Source of the DNA: a virus | Taxonomy: Duplodnaviria > Caudoviricetes | Length of the DNA stretch: 64,000 bases | Strand: one strand, 5' to 3' | Virus record (IMG/VR): IMGVR_UViG_2914436621_000001 | Coordinates: 32,001 to 96,000 of that record | Part shown: piece by piece, positions 27,493 through 37,549 of the stretch | Position numbering within the stretch: position 1 is the stretch's first letter | How the letters are laid out: each line of letters opens with the position of its first letter | The notes under the pieces: generated by a model | The model's input: only the letters and a program-made list of their open reading frames with translations | Databases searched by the model: none | Told to the model about the DNA's origin: nothing | Program-made: the position numbers and the translations under genes

Positions 27493-28827
27493 TCAGCCCA
27501 CCGGTAAGAGAGTTCGATTTGTTAGCAGGCCAGCGACTCCAGCTCCTTGGTGGCTGCCACCTGCCCCACCAAAGCCACCACCACCACCGCCTGCATAGCC
27601 TGTTCCCGTGCTTGTGCCAGCAGTCCCACCTGTCAGCAGAATTGTTCCTGATGGAGAATTGTTGGGCGACAGAAAAGCGCCATGCCCACCACCGCCACCG
27701 CCACCACCAAAACTGCCAGAACTGCCAGTTCCGCCAACAGCGTTGCTGCCATTGCCACCGCGCACGTCAACGGTTGAGCCTGCTTGCAGCGTGATCGAGA
27801 TGAGCGATTTTACAAGCACCAACCCACCAGAACCACCTCCTGATCCGCCAAGGGTTCCAGATGACGTGCCTAGCGTTCCAACAACGGCATTGCCGCCTCT
27901 AGCGAGAATCGAGCCGGTTGATCCCAGGATGAATGCTCCAGCGCAATCAAAAATCAATGTTCCGCCCGCATCTCCCCCCTTCGAACCAGAACCGCCTGTT
28001 CCGACGGCAGTTAAGAAGATCGTGCCGTTTGCGCCGCTTGATCCAATTGGATTGAGGAAGTAGTTGTAGGCGCTACCACCAAACACCTCGCCACCCAAAC
28101 CGCTGCCTAAGCCAGGGTTGGCAACAATAATTGTGTTGGCGTAGGCGAGTGTTCTTGCCCCGGCTCCTGCTAGGGATGTCGTAACATTTATCGTGCCATT
28201 GATAGTGCAGGTGCCACTGATATGGATCTTTGCGCCAGCAGAGATGGTCAGGGTGGCAGCAGATTCAATCGTGAAGTTGCGAAAGTAATACTCGCCCTGG
28301 TTAAACGTGGCGGTTGTGGTGAGCAAATAATCGCCTTGATCCCCACTCCCCCCAAAAACTCGGATTGCTTCTGCTCGGGGTAGTACCGGCTGTGCATCTC
28401 TCGGAAAAGCAGGGACGATCGCAGTAACAACGCCTGCCACCGTCGTCACTTGCGCTAGTGGTACAGACGCGACAGGACGTAGGATGGCTGTACTGACAAC
28501 GCCAGTTGTGGAAATGAAGACAAAAGAGGTGCTGTTGTCAGGCAGTGCTAAAGCCCCTGGAGCAATGGTGGTGATCGCCCCGTTAGGCAGCGTGATCGCA
28601 CCTCCGGTATGGTTGATGCTTAAACCGATACCAGCCGTGACCTTGAGCACGTCCCTGAACGTGCGCCATTCCTGCTTGATCTGCCCTGCCGCATTGCTCA
28701 GTTCATCGTCGGTAAGTCGAGGGTAATGCCCATCGATATCTTGGTCGTCGAAGACAAGGTTTTGGATGGCATTAAACCAAGCTGCATAAGCCCTAGAGCC
28801 ATTGGCGTAGACTGTTTTCGCCATCAA
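27493..28827 (-). CDS. Gly-rich tail fibre protein
   Basis: GGGSGG repeats; follows the baseplate genes. Confidence 0.75.
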   Translation of the reverse strand: MMAKTVYANGSRAYAAWFNAIQNLVFDDQDIDGHYPRLTDDELSNAAGQIKQEWRTFRDVLKVTAGIGLSINHTGGAITLPNGAITTIAPGALALPDNSTSFVFISTTGVVSTAILRPVASVPLAQVTTVAGVVTAIVPAFPRDAQPVLPRAEAIRVFGGSGDQGDYLLTTTATFNQGEYYFRNFTIESAATLTISAGAKIHISGTCTINGTINVTTSLAGAGARTLAYANTIIVANPGLGSGLGGEVFGGSAYNYFLNPIGSSGANGTIFLTAVGTGGSGSKGGDAGGTLIFDCAGAFILGSTGSILARGGNAVVGTLGTSSGTLGGSGGGSGGLVLVKSLISITLQAGSTVDVRGGNGSNAVGGTGSSGSFGGGGGGGGHGAFLSPNNSPSGTILLTGGTAGTSTGTGYAGGGGGGFGGAGGSHQGAGVAGLLTNRTLLPVG

Positions 28828-30200
28828 TCAATTCTCCATAACTCAACTTCGGTAAAGATTTCGGAAATAGTTGCTTCCCCGCACGCTCCTCCCAAACCGC
28901 TGCCTGCGAAGGCATTAAGGCAGTAATGGCGGATCTCAAAGTCGGTATTTGCAGCGATCGTAAAAGTGCCTTGCAGCAAGGAAAGGGAGGCTACTACATC
29001 AGTCGAGTTAGAGTAGCTTGGCTTGCCATCGATCGTTCGCGTCGAACTAGTTGCATTCCACAGAAAAATTCGATGAGCGTTAACCGCAATTCCGGGAGCA
29101 GACGCAAAAATGCGGTACGTGCCAGCTCTTAAGGTGAAGCGGTTTGAACTCAGGTTGGTGACATCGCCTGAGTTGGTAACAATCGAGTTCAGGGTTCGAG
29201 TCTGAATTCCTGCAAATGCTGACCCACCGTTTGTTCCTGATGCCTTACTATCCACAATTCGGGAATAGCGATGAACGCTATCTTTCACAAACTTGCAGTT
29301 CGCAACCCTCCCTCCATTCGTGGCGATCGCCACGTTCTGATCCTGATTGGGAGTAGTCGGGTTGCCCGTCAAAGCAGCATTGTTCAGCCGACTGACGATT
29401 TCTGCAACTGTAAATGCTGTTGTTGCCAGTCGGGTTGTGTTATTCCCAACGGTTTGTGTTGGAGCAGTCGGATTCCCTGTTAATGCCGCATTGGCTAGGG
29501 GTGCTAGCGTCACCAGAAAATCTCGCACCGCATTCGCACTGGGTGCCCACAGCGCTCCATCCCACCCGGCTGAATTGAAGGCCGTATCCTGCCCCCCGGT
29601 GCCCCCTGAATCACCTTTCGCGCCAGATTGCATCCAGTTTGAGTTAGCGATCGCGGGTGTTTGGCCTGCGGCTGGAGTGGCGCTAATCCAAATCCAGCTC
29701 GATCCCGCATAAGAAACGCAGTCGTCAAGCTGATAGTGAGTTGCAGCGTTATATTCCCCCAGGTACCTCGGCCCACCTCGTAATGCTGCGGCGTATTGCT
29801 GATTTGTGGTCAACAGCCGCGCCAACCGAGCGATCGCCGTATCCAGGGAATCGGTGCTAACGCCAGTGGGAATCAGCTCTGAGAAGTCAACCGATGCCAA
29901 ATTCGGGACAAAAGCGTGAAAGTCAATCAGCGGATCGTTGTCTAATCCGGTTTCAGTTGCAGCATTTGTTGCCCAAAACTGGAAATGATAGGTGACTCGC
30001 GCCGTCTCACTTTCGTGCAGGTTGATGTTGAGGTTGCTAGCAGTGGCAGCGATTGCAAACTTGTACAGGCGCGGCAAGACAGTGGTGTGAGGCGTTGTGG
30101 ACGAATTCACAACTGCGCTATCAGCCTGCACCCAAAGTTGACCCGCTAGAAGCTGCCCTCCAGAATCCTGAAGAGTGCCTTTAATATTGCAAAGGGACAT
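28824..30200 (-). CDS. Tail fibre protein
   Basis: Repeated AALTGNPTAPT...TRLATTAF motifs typical of P2 gpH-like fibres. Confidence 0.8.
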   Translation of the reverse strand: MSLCNIKGTLQDSGGQLLAGQLWVQADSAVVNSSTTPHTTVLPRLYKFAIAATASNLNINLHESETARVTYHFQFWATNAATETGLDNDPLIDFHAFVPNLASVDFSELIPTGVSTDSLDTAIARLARLLTTNQQYAAALRGGPRYLGEYNAATHYQLDDCVSYAGSSWIWISATPAAGQTPAIANSNWMQSGAKGDSGGTGGQDTAFNSAGWDGALWAPSANAVRDFLVTLAPLANAALTGNPTAPTQTVGNNTTRLATTAFTVAEIVSRLNNAALTGNPTTPNQDQNVAIATNGGRVANCKFVKDSVHRYSRIVDSKASGTNGGSAFAGIQTRTLNSIVTNSGDVTNLSSNRFTLRAGTYRIFASAPGIAVNAHRIFLWNATSSTRTIDGKPSYSNSTDVVASLSLLQGTFTIAANTDFEIRHYCLNAFAGSGLGGACGEATISEIFTEVELWRID

Positions 30201-30203
30201 TTG

Positions 30204-30830
30204 TTAAGCCTCAAAAACCGGATCACCGCAGGCGCTGAAACCCACGTAAAAAGCGTCGTAACAGACCAGCGAATCGCAAAACGCAGGGGAATAAAGCCGA
30301 TTCAGCTTCTCTGCCAGCTTGAACTCGGAACTCTCCCGCAGATATTTCAGTGGCAGCAGGAGATAATAAACCCATTCCGGGCTGCCCAACGTGCCTGGTA
30401 GTTCAGAAATGCCAACCAGGAATGAAGCTCCCAGCCAAACTTCATGATCGATATCAAATAGCTCAAGCAGGTAGGCTAAGACAACCTCGCTGCCTTTGTT
30501 TGCCCAGATATCAACGCCGTCGAAGGCGTTGGCAATGAGCGATCGCTTCACCTCGTCTGACCACGCCTTATCCCAGTACTCGCCAGTGAACCCGCAGAGC
30601 AGTCTCAGGAAATCCAGCCATGCCGGATCGCAAGTCGCGGGATTGAGCTGTCGGGGCAGATCGCCAACGGTAGTTTTGGTTGCAATTAGGAGTTCATCAA
30701 AGTAGACCGTTAACCAGTCTGCGATCGGTTCTCCTTCTTCTTTGCGGTAACCCTCATTGACTCCCGGCAGGCGGCTATAGATGGGGCGACCGGATTGCCA
30801 CGCTTCATAGGTGCTAGACATAGTCCTCAC
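30204..30830 (-). CDS. Baseplate/tail protein (P2 gpI-like)
   Basis: LNPATCDPAWLDFL...KGS. Confidence 0.8.
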   Translation of the reverse strand: MRTMSSTYEAWQSGRPIYSRLPGVNEGYRKEEGEPIADWLTVYFDELLIATKTTVGDLPRQLNPATCDPAWLDFLRLLCGFTGEYWDKAWSDEVKRSLIANAFDGVDIWANKGSEVVLAYLLELFDIDHEVWLGASFLVGISELPGTLGSPEWVYYLLLPLKYLRESSEFKLAEKLNRLYSPAFCDSLVCYDAFYVGFSACGDPVFEA

Positions 30831-31980
30831 CCGCTCCCTTCAAGATGGCGTATTGATTGCCAATGTCATCAATCAGCGTGCAGTAAAGGCTGTGAGCCTT
30901 GGGCAGCGAGTAGGGGTAGGGCATTGGCAAGTTGGTCGTTTGCTCGTTTAGAGTCAATGCCTGTATATAGCCGATGCCCCCGGCCAGCCGCAGTGCGTAC
31001 TCCACCTCTTTGTGAATCACACTGCTGCCTGTAGAGAACTTAGTTGGCGCAAGATAATCTTGGTACGCTTCCCAGAGGCGTTGCGCCACATCGGTTGGAT
31101 CTTCTCCAACTCCAAGCTTTGCGACCAAATCTGCATCAACGTTGACTAGGTCGATCGAGCTGACATAGAGCGACGTGCCGATCTGCGTTCTAGGGGCGAT
31201 CGCTTCATAAACCTGGCTCAACTGAGCAGAATTTGCCGCCTCTCCACTCTGGTTGAGCATAAACAAATGAACTGCCCCAAGCTGGTAGCTGATCTTGTCT
31301 CCCGATAGGAGTCCGATCGCTTTTACAACTGAGCCTTCCCCTAGAACAGCTTTGGCTTCCTGCTCATAGTCATCCGCTGTGACAATGTTGCGACGGCGAA
31401 TGGCATTCAACCCACGGGCGATCGCACTCTCTTGAGACTCCTCATCCGTTCCTCCAGCGGCGGCTTCCAGATTGATGACCGAGGCCAGATAGGTCAACGG
31501 CTGGGTGAAGCGGGTGATGGTGTAGGCAGGCAGGTTGCTTGTTGTGCCGATCGCCTCTGCTGTAGCTGGTACCGTGCCGCTAATTCCACCAGGTGGGATG
31601 GTGAGCAGGGCATTGGTTGTAAAAGTAACGCGGTTGCTGCTATCAGCGACCTGAAACCCCTGAGGAATCGTATAGGGTGTCGATAGAGGCTGAGCCAGGG
31701 TGAAGGTGACATTGACAGTTGCTTTGGTTCCTAGACGACGTTCAACGCCTGCATTCCTCAAAAACGCAATGAGCAGGGCTGCGGGCAGTTTGTTGACATG
31801 CCACAACATCTCGGCGGCACAAAATCCCATCCCCTCAACAAAGACCCTCACCACGCTGCTGGTAGAGAAGTCGTTGAGCTTTCTCTCGCTGGCGTTATAG
31901 GTTCTGACTAGCGATTGTTCTACAAGCTGGCGCTCATTCCTCGGATCTAGAACCGGGTATTCAAGTGGCTGGCTATCCAT
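30814..31980 (-). CDS. Baseplate J/gp47-like protein
   Basis: GVERRLGTKA, GGTDEES, IVTADDYE. Confidence 0.9.
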   Translation of the reverse strand: MDSQPLEYPVLDPRNERQLVEQSLVRTYNASERKLNDFSTSSVVRVFVEGMGFCAAEMLWHVNKLPAALLIAFLRNAGVERRLGTKATVNVTFTLAQPLSTPYTIPQGFQVADSSNRVTFTTNALLTIPPGGISGTVPATAEAIGTTSNLPAYTITRFTQPLTYLASVINLEAAAGGTDEESQESAIARGLNAIRRRNIVTADDYEQEAKAVLGEGSVVKAIGLLSGDKISYQLGAVHLFMLNQSGEAANSAQLSQVYEAIAPRTQIGTSLYVSSIDLVNVDADLVAKLGVGEDPTDVAQRLWEAYQDYLAPTKFSTGSSVIHKEVEYALRLAGGIGYIQALTLNEQTTNLPMPYPYSLPKAHSLYCTLIDDIGNQYAILKGAGEDYV

Positions 31981-31993
31981 GTTCTAGGGGAAG

Positions 31994-32362
31994 CTAATTG
32001 GCTAGTTGAAAGTTGAGTGGTGGCTGGGGTAAACCGTTCACAGTCCAGTAGATAGAGACGATCGCCGCCCCGTTTTCACCAATTCGACCAGTCACGTTGA
32101 ACTCGATGTTAGAAACTTCTCGCTCTAGTGCCTGTCTAACGGTTTGTGCCGTCAGGTGAACATCAGGAACTGCATTAAACAGCAGGTCGGGGGTGCCGTA
32201 CTGCGGCTGCATGATCCGTTCTAGGGGTTCTGTCTCCAAAACGGAGAGGATGTGGCAGCGAGTCAGCTCCACATCTTCTGCTAGTTTCAGCGTTCCATTT
32301 TCGATTTGAAGCGGGTATGCAATGCCCCGTTGAGTTGCCACAAATGAATCCAAGCCCTTCAC
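31994..32362 (-). CDS. gp25/GPW-like baseplate wedge protein
   Basis: LETEPLERIMQPQYGTP. Confidence 0.85.
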   Translation of the reverse strand: MKGLDSFVATQRGIAYPLQIENGTLKLAEDVELTRCHILSVLETEPLERIMQPQYGTPDLLFNAVPDVHLTAQTVRQALEREVSNIEFNVTGRIGENGAAIVSIYWTVNGLPQPPLNFQLAN

Positions 32363-32379
32363 CTATAGGCTTTGTCCAG

Positions 32380-33057
32380 TCAATCTTTCAAAAAGAGTTC
32401 TCGTTCTGCGTTCCGCCGACGAACCAGGCCAGGCAGAATACGTCCGCCAGCTTTGTTCCAGGCACGGAACTGGTCAGCGGCTGACTGATATTGCTTTTGG
32501 TTTAGCAGTCGTAAAAGGGTCGATCGCTCCAGTGCCCCAACCCCCACGTTGAAGGCAAAGCTGACCAGCGCTGCGAACTGATTGCCTGTCAGCTTGACAT
32601 TAACCAGTCGCTCGACGGCACGTTCAAACCGCTCCAAATCTGCACGGAGTAATGCCTCAGCTTCGGTTTGGGTGATGGTCATGCCCATTTTGACCCCTTT
32701 TGTTGAGCCATACCCGATTGTGGGCACTCCCGCAGGGCATTTGTATGCCGCCAGCCTGCACCCTTCAAATTCTTTGATCAGGCTCAAACCAGCCTGATTG
32801 ATTTGGCGTGATTTGGGGGCGATCGCTTCAACGGGCTTGCCATCAACCTCAACATGCCTACCAAACACGATCCACTCATGTCGCCCCAGAAGCGGAGTGA
32901 GCAGTACCACGCGTAAGTGCCCGTTATCGGTTGGTTCAAAGGAGTGAATTTGAAACACATCGCCTCTGGCGACAAAGACTTTCTGATCTGGGGCAAGTTG
33001 AGAGGCTTGATCCGTGGAAAATTTAAACGCTGTAGGTTCTGTGGTCTTGAGTTGCAT
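32380..33057 (-). CDS. GH24 lysozyme (endolysin) with N-terminal accessory domain
   Basis: LIKEFEGCRLAAYKCPAGVPTIGYG, ALVSFAFNVG, GLVRRRNAERELF. Confidence 0.93.
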   Translation of the reverse strand: MQLKTTEPTAFKFSTDQASQLAPDQKVFVARGDVFQIHSFEPTDNGHLRVVLLTPLLGRHEWIVFGRHVEVDGKPVEAIAPKSRQINQAGLSLIKEFEGCRLAAYKCPAGVPTIGYGSTKGVKMGMTITQTEAEALLRADLERFERAVERLVNVKLTGNQFAALVSFAFNVGVGALERSTLLRLLNQKQYQSAADQFRAWNKAGGRILPGLVRRRNAERELFLKD

Positions 33058-33096
33058 TGTTGAGCATGAAATGAGGTCTCAACAATGGGGTTTGTC

Positions 33097-33411
33097 CTAT
33101 AAGATTTTGTTCATCTTGCGTTTATCCAAATCTTGAATTGCAGCCCAAAGTGTTGCGATCGCCCCCTCAATTTGGGTCAGCCGAGTGGATAATGTGCTGA
33201 TTTGAGTGCTTAGTGTGGCGATCTGAGCTGTTGTTGGTGAATCCGATGGTGAAGCGCTCATCAATCTCACTATCAGGTGAGAGAATGCCTGTTCACTTGG
33301 TGTTTTGCTGATTCCATCCTCCCACTGCTGCGATTTCAGCGCGGCAACATCAGCGGTCGATAGCGCTCCTTTCTGGACAAATTTATCTGTGTATTTCGTG
33401 CGAATCATCAA
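33097..33411 (-). CDS. Hypothetical coiled-coil protein
   Basis: Overlaps the spike gene stop. Confidence 0.6.
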   Translation of the reverse strand: MMIRTKYTDKFVQKGALSTADVAALKSQQWEDGISKTPSEQAFSHLIVRLMSASPSDSPTTAQIATLSTQISTLSTRLTQIEGAIATLWAAIQDLDKRKMNKIL

Positions 33412-34037
33412 TATCCTCTCGTTTCCAAAACGTCCCCATCGGAATCAACTGCGCCAATCGTGGCAACATCCTTGCCGTTGATGGTGACACCGCTACTGGT
33501 CAGCTCTAGGGTGTACCCTCCAACTTGAAGCTTGATGCGCTCTCCTGCTTTGATAGTCAGGCTTTTCCCTACCTCAATGGTTTGAGTTTCACCCACCGTG
33601 AGAATGTCATCTTTGCCGATTTTGAGGACGCGATCGCCTTCAATCGTCCGAGCATCATCATTGATTGGATCGTCACTCTCGCGTTCAGGGTTGGGTAGGT
33701 TGGTGATCACCCCCCCGTAAATCCCTTGATGTGGGTCTCCATTGATGAAGCGGACTTCAACTGTCATTCCTGGTTTAGGTATCTGCGGATCGTCGCTATG
33801 GCTATTGGTCGATCGCCATAGCCAGTCCGTTTCAACCTTGCCCCCGGTATGCTGAAGGGTGCATTTGATGCGCCGTTTCCCCAATGGATCATCATTGCGG
33901 GTGACAATACCTAAATAGGTGAATGGGAGCCGCCCTTTCAGGTCGTTGGCAATCTGGCTGGCTTGTTTGCCTGATCGCAGCAGTTTAAAGATTTCACTCA
34001 TGTTCTGGGGGAGGATTGATGGCTGAGTGGCTAGCAC
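33408..34037 (-). CDS. Baseplate spike (gpV/gp5 OB-fold)
   Basis: GIVTRNDDPLGKRRIK...PKPGMTVEVRFINGDP; beta-helix-like C-terminus. Confidence 0.85.
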   Translation of the reverse strand: MLATQPSILPQNMSEIFKLLRSGKQASQIANDLKGRLPFTYLGIVTRNDDPLGKRRIKCTLQHTGGKVETDWLWRSTNSHSDDPQIPKPGMTVEVRFINGDPHQGIYGGVITNLPNPERESDDPINDDARTIEGDRVLKIGKDDILTVGETQTIEVGKSLTIKAGERIKLQVGGYTLELTSSGVTINGKDVATIGAVDSDGDVLETRGY

Positions 34038-36235
34038 TTGAGGCGATAAAAGCGGCCTTGAACCCTGTAATAACGGTTCATTTCAGAGTTTGGCGCGACC
34101 CAAGCAAAGCGGGCGCGGCTGGATGAGTTGGAGATAACCTGCGTCGCACCTGATGCCAGCACAATGCCGATGTGAGAGCCACCGTTGCCCTTCCAGACGA
34201 CGATGTCTCCAGGCAGAGAAGCAGCTTCTGCTACTTGCGTTCCGCCGCCATTTTGCAAGCCTGCTTCCGCCGCCGCCACAGCATCAGAGCCGCCCCAGGG
34301 ATTGCTGATTCCAGCACGCTCTAAAACGCGGTTCACGGCATAGACGCACGCTATGTTGCCATTGCCTGGGCCATTGGCCGTGCTGAATCCTTGCATTGAT
34401 ATTGCTGCCTGATAAAGGCGTTGAGCGCAGGGGCTGGCTGGATCAACCGTTCCACCTGCTCCAGCTTCACCGATCGCCTCTCCGATTTTGGGTGCCATTG
34501 GCGCGTAGAAGCGAATGCTGGATTTGAGACCTCCCTGCTGGTAGTCATGGCTGACGGTTTCGATCGCCCATGCTCGGTTCAAGAAATCAGCATGATGTCC
34601 CGCTGTGATAAACGGTGTGTCGGGTGTGAGTAGCAAAGCAGCAGGGGTGGTGGTAAACGTCGCTGAACCGGGAAACCCTTTGACTCGCAGCGCCGCATCT
34701 CGATTTGCACCATCGGCAACGTCGGTTTCTCCAGTTGTTCTAGGGGATAGGGGAGGCGTTGCGGCTCCGGTAGTAGCAACCGTTCCTGCTGTGGCAGTGC
34801 CCGTTGCTCCCTGATTTTCGGGTTGCTCTTCGTTGATCTGCCCCGTAAGCGGGTCAATCGTTGTTTTCAGCTCTCCGCTTGTGCTGGCGGTCGTTGGTTG
34901 TGAAGCGATCGCCCCTCCGCCCTGATCGGTTTGCGCCTGGTCGTTCACCTCGAACGAGTCCATGTTGACTCCGTATTCCAGCACAAACCCCAATGGACGG
35001 TTTTTGCGGGGTTCAATGCAAAGCTTCGGCCCCTCATCGTAAATGCGGTATCCAATACGATCGCACTCCCGCCGCAGCAGTGCGTAGTCTGAAATACCGG
35101 TTTGATCCAAATGCTCGTAAGTGGGGCCGTCCGCTTCCATCTGGAGTGTTAGACCATAAGCGTTAGCTACCCGCTGCGCGAGCTGCTTTAAAGTGAGGTT
35201 TTGATAGGTTGAGTTCTTCAGTCGCCGCGTCATTGTCCAGCGAACGCTCTGCCCCTCAAAGGTTGTGGTACTGAGATCCATCCCTTTGAATCGGGTGCCC
35301 GTGTGAATGAACGAAAACTCAGCTAGTTGGTCGGGTTCATAGCCCATCCAAATCGTGATTTGTGCCCCCTTGTCGGCAATTTCTATCAGGGTCGGTGCTT
35401 CTGTTGTTGGGGGTTGAGCGGGTGGCGATGTAGGCTGGCCTTGCATCAGCCCATCAATTTGCCCCAACCATTGCTGAGCATAGCCAGCAATCAAATCCGC
35501 GCGATCGGTGCCGTTCACCACCCGCCGAGCATTACGAAAGTCGCGTCGATTCCCGCCCACATAACGATCGAGCCTTGCGCCAGTAAAGACGCCGTTGCTC
35601 ATTCCATGAACAAGGGTGTACAGAGCGATATCGGGGTCTGCTGCTCTTGTCGGATTGGAAACCAGGTCAACTCCGGTCAGTTCGCTATAGCGGGTATAGT
35701 TGCGCCGTCCGGTGATCTGCACATAGCCTCGCCCTTTAAAGCGTTGCCCATCTCCAGGCTGGGTGTTACCCAGATCGTTAACCCTTCCCTCATACGCAGC
35801 ACCGCTGGCAATCTCCGTCATGAGTTGCCCCATGTTGGATTCGTGTTGAGCCGTTGCCAGAATGTAGGCAATCTGAGCGCGATCGGTTACCCCTTGGCGC
35901 AAGCATTCGCCGACGATGGCCTTTGCTGTAGCATCGCTGTTACCTCCGCCAAAGCCCGACAAACCCGCTACTGCACCCTGGTTCACGGGTGAGGGAAGCC
36001 CGGTCAACCCACCCTGATTAAAGGAAGCAGTCATATACTGATCTGCCCATTTCTGGAGCGGATCGTAAATCTCGAAATTGCAACGGCTCGATCGCTCTCC
36101 CTCTCCCAAGCTCACGCTGGCTGCCATCAAATAGCCATCGCCACTGGAGAACAGATCATTGCCAATTTTGCATTTAACGAATGGGCAAATTAGCCGCAGC
36201 CCTGCGGCATTGTTGAGGCTCTGAAGTTGTGGCAT
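34031..36235 (-). CDS. Baseplate hub (gpD-like) with GH19 insert and NlpC/P60-CHAP-like C-terminus
   Basis: YILATAQHES, FKGRGYVQITGRRNY; DQTGISDYALL hub motif; CVYAVNRVL...SHIGIV. Confidence 0.85.
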   Translation of the reverse strand: MPQLQSLNNAAGLRLICPFVKCKIGNDLFSSGDGYLMAASVSLGEGERSSRCNFEIYDPLQKWADQYMTASFNQGGLTGLPSPVNQGAVAGLSGFGGGNSDATAKAIVGECLRQGVTDRAQIAYILATAQHESNMGQLMTEIASGAAYEGRVNDLGNTQPGDGQRFKGRGYVQITGRRNYTRYSELTGVDLVSNPTRAADPDIALYTLVHGMSNGVFTGARLDRYVGGNRRDFRNARRVVNGTDRADLIAGYAQQWLGQIDGLMQGQPTSPPAQPPTTEAPTLIEIADKGAQITIWMGYEPDQLAEFSFIHTGTRFKGMDLSTTTFEGQSVRWTMTRRLKNSTYQNLTLKQLAQRVANAYGLTLQMEADGPTYEHLDQTGISDYALLRRECDRIGYRIYDEGPKLCIEPRKNRPLGFVLEYGVNMDSFEVNDQAQTDQGGGAIASQPTTASTSGELKTTIDPLTGQINEEQPENQGATGTATAGTVATTGAATPPLSPRTTGETDVADGANRDAALRVKGFPGSATFTTTPAALLLTPDTPFITAGHHADFLNRAWAIETVSHDYQQGGLKSSIRFYAPMAPKIGEAIGEAGAGGTVDPASPCAQRLYQAAISMQGFSTANGPGNGNIACVYAVNRVLERAGISNPWGGSDAVAAAEAGLQNGGGTQVAEAASLPGDIVVWKGNGGSHIGIVLASGATQVISNSSSRARFAWVAPNSEMNRYYRVQGRFYRLKC

Positions 36236-36254
36236 GGCTTAGGTTTGGAGCGCC

Positions 36255-36545
36255 CTAATACAAAAAGCTAATTAACTTGATGGCCTGGTTGAGGCTTTGC
36301 CCATTCACGCCACGGGCGAGGCTGCTCAAATCTGCTTCCCCTAGAACAGATCCAATGCGATCGCGTGCCAATCGTTCAATATCTTGCACTGACGGGATTT
36401 GCAGCTCGGTGCCGATGGGGATGTTAGAGAAGATGTCTATGCTGTTCAGATCTGCCAAATCACGCCAACGATCGACGATACCCAGTTCCCGATGGGCGAT
36501 CGTTGCCAAGCTTTCTCCCAGTTCAAATCTCGCAGAACGCGCCAT
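36255..36545 (-). CDS. LysM/gpX-like tail protein
   Basis: GESLATIAHRELG...WRDLADLN...GTELQIP. Confidence 0.8.
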   Translation of the reverse strand: MARSARFELGESLATIAHRELGIVDRWRDLADLNSIDIFSNIPIGTELQIPSVQDIERLARDRIGSVLGEADLSSLARGVNGQSLNQAIKLISFLY

Positions 36546-36751
36546 ATACCCACTTCGTTATTAAGCCAACTCCGCCTTTAAACTCAATCATTTGGGGATT
36601 GACCCCATGCTTTCTAGCTATGGCGATCGCCGCATCCGGGTCAACAGCCAGAAACTCTATTCCATAAATCAGTCCGTACTCAGTTCCTACGATTTCAAGG
36701 GTGTGACGAAATGGCAGCGGGCGTGGAATTCGCTCGCACCATAGACGCACC

Positions 36752-37549
36752 TTAGTCAAGCGATTGCTCGCTAACATCGAACGTGCGCCCGTCCCATGTG
36801 CCAACTGTGCCAATTGCCTCTCCCTGCTCATCTGTGATTCTCACAGCCCCCGTCTCCCGGTCGCTCGAAAATCGATAACGGCTTGCCCTGATCCGATCTT
36901 GTAGCGCAGCCGGTAGTTTACTGAGGTTGGCCTGTAGCCAGTTTCGCGCCTCGGCTCCGGCCTCTTCGAGTTGGCGATCGGTCAAAGGGCTTGCTAACTT
37001 CTCGCCGTCACCCTCTGGTTCTGGCCGTGAGGGAGGACGCTCTTTAGGAATTTCGACCAGGGTTAGTGAAAGCCGAATGCTGGCAGGCTGTCCGTCACTA
37101 AGCCATGCTGACTCTCGCCGTTTGATGCTGGTCAGAACACATGGTCCAAACTGCCTTGAACCCCACACAAAGTAGAGTACCGGTGGGTTGAGGTTTTGAG
37201 ACTGGTAGTCACGCGAAAGGAGCGATCGCAACTTGTTGATGATGGGTTGCAGGCTGCGGCGGGCAAACCAGGTCTCCAGCAGCAGGTCATTGAGTTGCAA
37301 GGTTTCCCCGTCGGTGTAATACCACTGCTGATCCTGCACGTTCGTCGCGGCGGCGGTTGCCTTGGAGTACACCGCCTGCTGGTCAAAGTTCAGCTCCTCA
37401 GGATTGGCAAGGAAGGTGAACGACGTTTGCTCACCCTGACCCGTGCCAGTAAGTTGTGATTCCAGAATCAGCGATGCCCAGATGCGATCGCCACTTTTAG
37501 GAACCTCAGGCAACTCCCCTAGAACAGCCGGATTGTTAAATGAGGTCAT
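36752..37549 (-). CDS. Tube initiator (CIS tube/gpU-like)
   Basis: FLANPEEL...PPVLYFVWG...CVLTS...LSLTLVE. Confidence 0.8.
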   Translation of the reverse strand: MTSFNNPAVLGELPEVPKSGDRIWASLILESQLTGTGQGEQTSFTFLANPEELNFDQQAVYSKATAAATNVQDQQWYYTDGETLQLNDLLLETWFARRSLQPIINKLRSLLSRDYQSQNLNPPVLYFVWGSRQFGPCVLTSIKRRESAWLSDGQPASIRLSLTLVEIPKERPPSRPEPEGDGEKLASPLTDRQLEEAGAEARNWLQANLSKLPAALQDRIRASRYRFSSDRETGAVRITDEQGEAIGTVGTWDGRTFDVSEQSLD

